DNA of 64,000 nt from NCBI GenBank assembly GCA_963753085.1, contig CAVWBF010000020.1, positions 365 to 64,364 of the forward strand, given 5' to 3'. The notes beneath the pieces were generated by a model that did not search any database, was not told where the DNA came from, and saw only the letters and a list, made by a program, of their open reading frames with translations. Of this stretch, positions 57,290 through 64,000 are shown in pieces. Positions within the stretch are counted from its first letter, which is position 1; every line of letters starts with the position of its first letter. Both the position numbers and the translations under genes were made by a program. This stretch comes from an uncultured Spirochaetota bacterium (GTDB lineage: Bacteria; Spirochaetota; Spirochaetia; SZUA-6; Fen-1364).

Positions 57290-58965
57290 GGCCTGCCTCG
57301 AATCGCGCCCCGCGACGCCGGACCCACGCTTTCCGCGTAGGCATCCAGGAAGGCGCTCCCGGTGGGCCTGGCGGCCGGGTGGAACTCCGCCATTCTCTTT
57401 TTCCACTCCTCCGCATTTATCAGGAGGTCAAGGGTTTTTCCGGGGATGTCAACACGGATCCTGTCTCCTTCCCGCACGATCCCGATGGGGCCTCCGACAG
57501 CGGCCTCCGGAGCCACGTGGCCAATGGATGCTCCGCGGCTCGCCCCCGAGAACCTGCCGTCCGTTATCAGCGCCACCTCCCGGTCCAGGCCGATCCCGGC
57601 GATTGCCGAGGTGGGGGAGAGCATCTCGCGCATCCCGGGGCCGCCTCGCGGACCCTCGTAGCGGATGACCACGATGTCCCCCCGCTTTATCTTCCGTCCG
57701 AGGATCGCGCTCTGCGCATCCTCTTCGCAGTCGAAGACGCGAGCCGGCCCCTCGTGCACGAGCATGGACGGATCCACGGCCGCCTTCTTGACCACGCAGC
57801 CCTCGGGCGCCAGGTTTCCCTTCAGAACGGCCAGCCCGCCTTCGGCGTGGTACGGTTTTTCAGGCTTCGCGATCCAGGTGCCATCGGGCTCCGCTGCGTT
57901 CTGAAACGTCATCGAAAGGGGATGGCCGGAGATTGTAACGGCTCTGCCGTCCACGTGGCCCAGCCGGGCCAGCGTCTTCAGGACAGCGGGAATGCCGCCC
58001 GCCGCGTGGAGGTGCTCCATGTAGTAGGGGCCGGAGGGAGCGATCGAGCAGAGGTGCGGAACCGCCGAGCTGATCCTGTCGAAGTCTTCCAGCGAGAGCT
58101 CCACCCCCGCGCTTGCGGCGATTGCGGGGAGGTGAAGCGCCGTGTTGGTGGATCCGCCGAGCGCCATGTCGAGGGCAACGGCGTTGAGGAACGCCGCCCT
58201 CGTAAGCACACGGGACGTCCGCAGGTCTTCCCGAACGGCACGGACCGCGGCGCGCCCGCTGTCGCGCGCCAGTCGGCAACGGTCCGCGTGGACCGCGGGT
58301 ATTGTGCCGTTTCCCGCAAGGGCTATCCCGAGCGCTTCCGCCAGGCAGTTCATGGAGTTGGCCGTGAAAAGCCCGGCGCACGAGCCGGTCCCCGGGCAGG
58401 CATCGCATTCGAGCCGGCCGAGATCTTCATCGCTCATTTTCCCCATGCCATGACGGCCGACTGCCTCGAAAACCGCGCCGAGACCCACCTGCCGTCCGCC
58501 CGAGCTTCCCGCAAGCATGGGTCCCCCGGCCACGAGCACCGCGGGGATGTCCAGCCGGGCTGCCGCCATCAGCATCCCGGGGACGATCTTGTCGCAGCTG
58601 GCCAGGAGCACCAGCCCGTCCAGCCCATGGGCCTGGGCAACGATCTCGACGGAGTCCGCGATGAGGTCCCTGCTGGGAAGCGAATACCGCATTCCCCCGT
58701 GCCCCATCGCAAGGCCGTCGCACACGCCGATGGTGCCGAACTCGCAGGCAATCCCGCCCTCCGACCAGATGCCTTCCTTCACGTACTCCGCGAGCCGGCG
58801 CAGGTCCTTGTGTCCCGGGATCAGCTCGCTGAATGAGTTCGCGATCCCGATCATCGGCCGTCCCTCGGAGGCGCGGTCCCATCCCAGCGCATGGAGCAGG
58901 CTCCGGTGTGGAGCGCGCGAGGCTCCCTCCCGCACGGTTCGGCTTCTCAGATCGATTCTTTTCAT
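57286..58965 (-). CDS. ilvD: Dihydroxy-acid dehydratase
   Basis: VCDGLAMGH, CDKIVPG, GGSTN, RYEGPRGGPGMREM and TDGRFSG. Confidence 0.95.
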   Translation of the reverse strand: MKRIDLRSRTVREGASRAPHRSLLHALGWDRASEGRPMIGIANSFSELIPGHKDLRRLAEYVKEGIWSEGGIACEFGTIGVCDGLAMGHGGMRYSLPSRDLIADSVEIVAQAHGLDGLVLLASCDKIVPGMLMAAARLDIPAVLVAGGPMLAGSSGGRQVGLGAVFEAVGRHGMGKMSDEDLGRLECDACPGTGSCAGLFTANSMNCLAEALGIALAGNGTIPAVHADRCRLARDSGRAAVRAVREDLRTSRVLTRAAFLNAVALDMALGGSTNTALHLPAIAASAGVELSLEDFDRISSAVPHLCSIAPSGPYYMEHLHAAGGIPAVLKTLARLGHVDGRAVTISGHPLSMTFQNAAEPDGTWIAKPEKPYHAEGGLAVLKGNLAPEGCVVKKAAVDPSMLVHEGPARVFDCEEDAQSAILGRKIKRGDIVVIRYEGPRGGPGMREMLSPTSAIAGIGLDREVALITDGRFSGASRGASIGHVAPEAAVGGPIGIVREGDRIRVDIPGKTLDLLINAEEWKKRMAEFHPAARPTGSAFLDAYAESVGPASRGAIRGRP

Positions 58966-59016
58966 GACCCCGGTTCCCTCTTTCTTCGCGGCAGCCCGTG
59001 AAGGCGCCGTGGAAAT

Positions 59017-59046
59017 AAAAAAGCCGTTCCCCCGAGGGAGAACGGC
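59017..59046 (-). terminator. Attenuator terminator upstream of ilvD
   Basis: Minus-strand GCCGTTCTCCCTCGGGGGAACGGC followed by TTTTTT. Confidence 0.85.
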
Positions 59047-59079
59047 CCGCTGAATACGCCGTTAGCGGCGCCAGCCGAT

Positions 59080-59205
59080 TTACCCCTCCGGGTGTCGGAC
59101 GCTCCTTGCAAGGAGGCCGATAATAAGGATGAGTCCAAGGATGGAGAGGAGCGAAGATCCACGGGATTCGATGCGCCCGTGCTCTGGCTGACTGCCGCCG
59201 ATCAT
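59080..59205 (-). CDS. Leu/Ile-rich leader (attenuator) peptide, 41 aa
   Basis: MIGGSQPEHGRIESRGSSLLSILGLILIIGLLARSVRHPEG*. It lies between the promoter and the terminator and is below the ORF-track length cutoff. Confidence 0.8.
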   Translation of the reverse strand: MIGGSQPEHGRIESRGSSLLSILGLILIIGLLARSVRHPEG

Positions 59206-59213
59206 GGTAGTCC

Positions 59214-59243
59214 TTTATAACTCTGCGCGGCGACTGCTGTCAA
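59214..59243 (-). promoter_or_regulatory. Sigma70 promoter of the ilv-leu-cim operon
   Basis: Minus-strand TTGACA-N18-TATAAA. Confidence 0.65.
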
Positions 59244-59280
59244 GTGGCCGTTGGCAAGGGCATCGCGGGGACCGCGAAGA

Positions 59281-60768
59281 TCAGAAGACGGTCCTGCGCT
59301 GTTCGAACGACTTCTGGAGGCGCTCGAGAATCCGCTCGCATTTCTCCCGGCTTGTGATGCCGAACTCGCTGAGGACTGGCCCTTCCATCTGCTCGTACGT
59401 CACGTAGGAACGCTCCAGGTCGCAGAAAGCGTTTGCCAGGTAAACGCAGAAGACCACCTCCTTGTACGCCACGGGAGCGCTGAGAGGATCATGGTGGTGC
59501 TTGATTCCGTAGATGAGCTGATCGGGGAAGTTCCATTTCTTTGCCATGAGGGCCCCGATCTCCGCATGGTTCAGCCCGAAGGAGAATCGCTCCAGGATCC
59601 TCGGGGTGATGTCCTTCTCCTTGCAGAATCTCGTCATCTGCTCCATGGCCTCGGGGTGGAGCCATGTGACGATGATCTGGCCCAGGTCGTGGAGGATGCC
59701 GGAGACGTACACGTCATCCAGGATTTCCCCTCGGGGCTTGAAGCTCCGCGCCAGGAGAAAGGCGTAGTACGCCACCTTGTAGGAATGATCCCACAGGGGC
59801 TTCATCTCCGTGTACTGCTGGCCGAGGATCTTGCGGGCGCCGTAGGAGTACAGGAGGTTGCGCAGTCCCTTCATTCCGACGATCTTCACTCCCTGGAGGA
59901 TGTTGTTGACCCTGCGGGGAAGCACGTAGAACGCGGAGTTCACGAGCTTCAGCAGGTCGGCCGTGAGAACAGGATCCATCGCGATGCGCGCGGAGATCCT
60001 TGCCACGGTGGCCCTGGGGTCTTCCGTGAGCCGGATCAGCTCGAGAATGATCTCGGGGAAGTGGGGCAGGGAGTCCACATCGCGGACGATGGCCTGGGTG
60101 AGCACGTTGATCTTCTCCAGGTGCACCCTGTTCATCGGAATCAGGAGTGAGGCCACCGTCTCCCCGTTTCGCCCCTCGATGGAGAAAGCCTCTTCACCGA
60201 GTCCCAGCCTCTTGAGGAATTGCAGGAGGATGAGGATGCCCAGGCCGGCGCCCTCCTGGGCATCGATCGGGGCGCCGAGGACTTCCATGAAGGAATGGTG
60301 CGCCCGGGAGCGCGCAATGCGGTCGTAGATGCGCGCCTGCTCCCGGGGGGTGAGCTGCGCCGAGTTCCGCACGAGGATTGCAAGGTTTCCGCCGGTCGTG
60401 TGGAAGGTGACGTTGATGAGGAACTGCCGGACGCGAAGGAGGTCCAGCCAGTGCTCCAGGCGCTCCGAGATCTCCCGGCGAAACTCCCGCATGCCTTTCT
60501 CGTAGTCTTCCTCCCGCCAGATATCCAGGCCCTTCTCCTCGAAGTACACGCGCTTGGCGTTTGCTTTCTGGGCGTTGATGATGAGCTCCTTGAGGCAGTA
60601 GGAGAGGGGCTCCATGATTCGCTCCTGTCCAAGCTCGACAAGGTAGGTCTCGAGGATCCTGTCCAGGAGGGCGTGGGAATCGTGCGGAAGGCTGGTGAGC
60701 TTGAAGGTAAGGGGAATGGACCTGAGCGCCGCCCTCTGAATCTGCGCGAGGTCTATCCGGGGAGCCAT
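59281..60768 (-). CDS. HATPase-like + HDOD domain protein
   Basis: The N-half has LKELIINAQKAN and EGAGLG. The C-half has SLPHFP, DPVLTADLLKLVNSAFY, LWDHS and GILHDLG. Its ATG overlaps the upstream stop (TAATG). Confidence 0.85.
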   Translation of the reverse strand: MAPRIDLAQIQRAALRSIPLTFKLTSLPHDSHALLDRILETYLVELGQERIMEPLSYCLKELIINAQKANAKRVYFEEKGLDIWREEDYEKGMREFRREISERLEHWLDLLRVRQFLINVTFHTTGGNLAILVRNSAQLTPREQARIYDRIARSRAHHSFMEVLGAPIDAQEGAGLGILILLQFLKRLGLGEEAFSIEGRNGETVASLLIPMNRVHLEKINVLTQAIVRDVDSLPHFPEIILELIRLTEDPRATVARISARIAMDPVLTADLLKLVNSAFYVLPRRVNNILQGVKIVGMKGLRNLLYSYGARKILGQQYTEMKPLWDHSYKVAYYAFLLARSFKPRGEILDDVYVSGILHDLGQIIVTWLHPEAMEQMTRFCKEKDITPRILERFSFGLNHAEIGALMAKKWNFPDQLIYGIKHHHDPLSAPVAYKEVVFCVYLANAFCDLERSYVTYEQMEGPVLSEFGITSREKCERILERLQKSFEQRRTVF

Positions 60769-62567
60769 TATCTGCCGGCAACCCGGGCGCGTTCGCGGTG
60801 AGCCGGTTTCAGCAGATCGCTCCGCGACTGATCGAGAAAGGTCTCCAGGGCCTGGATTCTCTTGAACGTGTCGCGGCTCCTGAGGAAGACGTCCACGACG
60901 TCGGGGTCGAAGTGGGTTCCCCTCTCGGAAACGATTATCCGTGCTGCCTCTTCGTGCGTGAGAGCGTCCTTGTAGCTGCGCCGGGTGGTGAGCGCGTCGT
61001 AGACGTCCGCCAGGGCGACGATGCGCGCGGAAAGCGGGATCTTCTCCCCGGCAATGCCGTCGGGATACCCGGTTCCGTCCCAGCGCTCGTGGTGGGAGTA
61101 CGCAATCTCTTTCCCGAGGGTGAGAAAGGATTCCCTCTTGAGCTCCCTGTCCACGGCCCTGAGCGCTTCCCCTCCCAGGCGGGCGTGCTCCTTGATCTTC
61201 TCGAACTCCAGGGCGGTCAGCCGGCCCGGTTTTCTGAGGACTGCATCCTCGATGCCCACCTTGCCCACGTCGTGCAGCACGGAGGAAAGGCAGAGGTCTT
61301 CGATGTACTCGGGGGTGATGTAGTCCGCGTACCTGGGCAGCCCGGCCAGCCCGGCCGCCAGGACCCGTGTGTATTCGCGTATCCTCTCCAGGTGCTTCCC
61401 CGTGTCCACATCGCGGTACTCGGTGAGTCGCGCGAAACCAAGGATTGCTCCCGACTGGGTTTCGCGGATCTGCTCGAAGGACTCCTGCAGCTTCTTCTCC
61501 AGGCGCACCCGCTCGGTGAGGTCCCGCTCCATGATGGCATAGGCGATGGTCTCCCCGGTCGTACTCGTGAGCGCGGAATAGGCCGCATAGGTGAACTTGA
61601 CGGTGCCGTCGCTGCACAGACGAGGGACGTCCGTTTCAACCGAGTGTCCCCCGTTCCTGTCCACCACGGCGATGACCTCGGCGATGGACGGAGAGCGGTT
61701 CTGGACCTGGAAGATATCGCTGAAGTTCCTGCCGACGAGGTCCATCCACGTGTAGCCGTACAGCTTCTCCGCGTAGTAGTTGCAGTTGAGGATCTGGCCC
61801 GAGGGATCGACGATGATGATCGAGGACAGGATGGTGTCGAAGAGCACGATGTAGTTGCGCTCCGAGATTCGAAGGCGAGCCTCCAGGTTCTTCACGCGCG
61901 TCACGTCCTTGAAGTGGGTCGTGTACCCGGTGGCCACGCCGCGCTCATCCCTCACGATCCACGAGGTGTCCAGGACGCGAAGAGGCCTGTGCGAGCGAGT
62001 CAGCAGGTGGGTCTCCAGGTTGGAGACGGAGCTGGCCTCCGCGAGCCGCAGGATCTTGTCCTCCAGCTCCGCCGCCTGGGTATACAGCGAGGCGATGTTC
62101 GGGAGAGGCTCATCGGCGCCCCATTCCATCATTTCGTAGAATGCGCGGTTCGCGCAGGTGATGGTCCCCCCGAGGTCCGCCGTGAACAGAGGATCATGGA
62201 TGTTGTGGAACATCTGGTGCAGGGCTCGGGAATCCCGTTCCCGCGACGGGTCCAGGCGGTCCGGGAGAGCCTTCAGGCGCACCAGGATGTAGTGCCCGCG
62301 GGCGCTCTCCACGGCAAGGGAGGAAACGATGAAGCGGTGCTCCGCCCCGTTCCTGTCCGTGATGCGGGTCTCCCCTTCGGTCCCCGGACCGCGCTCGGCG
62401 AGCTTCAGGTCCATGATGAACTCTTTTTCGCGGACGAGGATGTCGTTGGCGTGCAGCCCGGTGGTCCTCAGGAAGACTTCATTGAAAAAAACGATCTTCC
62501 CCTCATCGTTGATGATGAGAAAGCCGTCGGCGAACTCTTCGATAATGCGCAGGATAACTTCTGTCAC
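60768..62567 (-). CDS. Multi-PAS HD-GYP protein (putative c-di-GMP phosphodiesterase)
   Basis: Three PAS-like segments followed by EYRDVDTGKHLER, LHDVGKVGI, HHERWDGTGYPDG and DVYDALT. Confidence 0.9.
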   Translation of the reverse strand: MTEVILRIIEEFADGFLIINDEGKIVFFNEVFLRTTGLHANDILVREKEFIMDLKLAERGPGTEGETRITDRNGAEHRFIVSSLAVESARGHYILVRLKALPDRLDPSRERDSRALHQMFHNIHDPLFTADLGGTITCANRAFYEMMEWGADEPLPNIASLYTQAAELEDKILRLAEASSVSNLETHLLTRSHRPLRVLDTSWIVRDERGVATGYTTHFKDVTRVKNLEARLRISERNYIVLFDTILSSIIIVDPSGQILNCNYYAEKLYGYTWMDLVGRNFSDIFQVQNRSPSIAEVIAVVDRNGGHSVETDVPRLCSDGTVKFTYAAYSALTSTTGETIAYAIMERDLTERVRLEKKLQESFEQIRETQSGAILGFARLTEYRDVDTGKHLERIREYTRVLAAGLAGLPRYADYITPEYIEDLCLSSVLHDVGKVGIEDAVLRKPGRLTALEFEKIKEHARLGGEALRAVDRELKRESFLTLGKEIAYSHHERWDGTGYPDGIAGEKIPLSARIVALADVYDALTTRRSYKDALTHEEAARIIVSERGTHFDPDVVDVFLRSRDTFKRIQALETFLDQSRSDLLKPAHRERARVAGR

Positions 62568-62694
62568 TGGTCAGCCCTTTCCAGGGGACGCCTTCCACGG
62601 TACCACCCCCACCCCCTGGTGTCAACGTTGAGGGGCTCGCGTGCGATTTACACCGAACGCGGTTTGTCTCTATACTGGCGCTTCAGGAGAGCGG

Positions 62695-64000
62695 ATGAAG
62701 AAACTTGTGCTGTTCGTCCTGGTGGTCTTTGCTCCGCTTGCATCTCTTGCAGCGCAGAACCTGGGGGCCTCCTGGATCAGCGGGGTGGACACGCGCGACA
62801 ATCCGTGGTTTGAGAGCATCGGCCCGCTCCCTCCTGGTGCCAGCGCGCTTCTTGTCGGCCCCGTCACGGAGCCGGCAGCCGTGCAACTGGATGGGCAGAC
62901 CGTTCTTTCCGGGCCCGCGCCGCAGGCAGACGTACCGCGCGGTCCGGCCAGCTTCCATGGGTATGCTCTCCCGCCGGCCGCTCCCGGCACGCACATCCTC
63001 CGCGTGAGCCTCCTGCGCCAGGACGAGCCGTCCCTGCCGCCGCTTGTAGCCGTTGTCTCCGCGCGCGGGCTCGCCGCGCGGGTGGCGTTCCTCAACCTCC
63101 CGCGCGGGCCGCTGCCCTTTTTCGTCGGGCTCCTGTCGCTTCTCCTCACCACGCAGTTCCTGGTCCTCGGCATCCGCCAGAGGTCGCGGGAGCTCCTGTT
63201 TCTGGCCGCGGCGCTCCTTGCAAACACGGCGTACGGGCTTTTCCCCGGGTTTTTCGCTTCCTTTGTTGACCAGGCCGTTGAGCGAAAGATCGAGCTGTTC
63301 TCCCTCTTTGCCGCGGCGTGCTTCCTCATCCTCGCGTTCCTCGAGCTCCTGAAGTCCTTCCGACTGCGCCTCTTTCTCCCCCTCGCCATCCCGCCCCTCC
63401 TGGCCGTCTTCGTGGTCGGGGCGGCGGCAACAACGGGGCTGGCATTCTATGCGGGCCTCGCGGAGCGCGCCCTGCTTGCCGCTTCCTTCGCGGTCCTGGC
63501 GGTCCTGAGCCTCCGCAGCCTCGTGCGGGCCGGCTTCCGCAGGGCGGTCTTCCCGCTTGCGCTCGCGCTCTCCCTGGTCGCTGCCTGCGCCGGCAGCGCC
63601 CTGGCGGATCTTTTCTTCCCCGGCTGGGGCTTCCTCGGGTTCCTCCCCGGCCTCGTCATCGCGCTGTTCGAGGGAAACCTCCTGGTGGCGGAGCTTGCGC
63701 GGACGCAGGATATGTACGGGCAGGCCAGCACGGAGCTCATCGACAGGATCGAGAGCGACTGGGAGATGATCGAGCGGATCCGCGAAGGCAAGGAGCTCCT
63801 GGAAAAGCGCAACATCGATATCAGGCGCCTGGCGGTGAAGCTCCTGGAAAGCGCGCAGAAACAGTCTTTCACGATCGGCGGGCTCATCGTGTCCCTGGAG
63901 GATGCGGGCTCGGGAGAAGCCCAGGTTGTCGCAAAGGAAAAGGAGATCCTCGGCCACACCGAGCAGGTGGACGGTCTCATCACGAGCTTCAACGCGCAGA
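62695..64000 (+). CDS. Signal peptide + multi-TM (7TM-DISM-like) receptor with cytoplasmic coiled coil; truncated by the window edge
   Basis: AGGAG RBS, then MKKLVLFVLVVFAPLASLAAQ, an open frame to the edge, about 7 hydrophobic segments and a helical/coiled-coil region. It is absent from the ORF track because it has no stop. Confidence 0.75.
   Translation, partial: MKKLVLFVLVVFAPLASLAAQNLGASWISGVDTRDNPWFESIGPLPPGASALLVGPVTEPAAVQLDGQTVLSGPAPQADVPRGPASFHGYALPPAAPGTHILRVSLLRQDEPSLPPLVAVVSARGLAARVAFLNLPRGPLPFFVGLLSLLLTTQFLVLGIRQRSRELLFLAAALLANTAYGLFPGFFASFVDQAVERKIELFSLFAAACFLILAFLELLKSFRLRLFLPLAIPPLLAVFVVGAAATTGLAFYAGLAERALLAASFAVLAVLSLRSLVRAGFRRAVFPLALALSLVAACAGSALADLFFPGWGFLGFLPGLVIALFEGNLLVAELARTQDMYGQASTELIDRIESDWEMIERIREGKELLEKRNIDIRRLAVKLLESAQKQSFTIGGLIVSLEDAGSGEAQVVAKEKEILGHTEQVDGLITSFNAQ

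Noticed and set aside
1-64000. CRISPR arrays, tRNA, rRNA, integrase/prophage genes
   Set aside because: I saw no regularly spaced repeats, cloverleaf-like or rRNA-like sequence, and no recombinase or phage motifs by eye. A covariance-model scan would be needed to exclude ncRNAs fully.

Overview
A GC-rich bacterial chromosomal segment, almost certainly from a spirochaete, because it carries a FlaB-type flagellin starting MIINHN. 1-4.8 kb is a patchwork of remnants: an internally deleted IS630 that keeps both ends, fragments of two-component genes and a dsrF stub. Intact hdeD-like, alpha/beta-hydrolase, TetR and DsrH-like genes lie among them. 4.8-13.5 kb holds a LacI-regulated sugar ABC operon with a xylose-isomerase-like enzyme, followed by a C69 peptidase. 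13.6-29 kb is a visibly lower-GC, heavily frameshifted rare-sugar island: two LacI copies, ABC components, L-rhamnose isomerase, a xylose-isomerase-like enzyme, a PfkB kinase, an M24-like protein, two UroD/MtaA-family proteins and a D-psicose 3-epimerase. 29.3-32.3 kb contains a lipoprotein/YidD-like/TPR trio and two further small genes. 32.3-40.8 kb contains a sugar ABC plus aldehyde dehydrogenase operon with a sigma54 promoter. It lies divergent from an NtrC-type activator and a soluble histidine kinase whose input domain is a sugar-ABC ATPase domain, which is the most unusual system in the window. The rest is flaB, a family-5 (Opp/Dpp-type) ABC operon ending in a DUF5107-TPR gene, an ilvD-ilvB-ilvN-leuA-cimA operon with an unannotated Leu/Ile-rich attenuator peptide, a PAS/HD-GYP plus ATPase-HDOD pair, and a truncated multi-TM receptor at the right edge. 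I saw no rRNA, tRNA or CRISPR array. All family assignments come from motifs recognised by eye; no database search was run.
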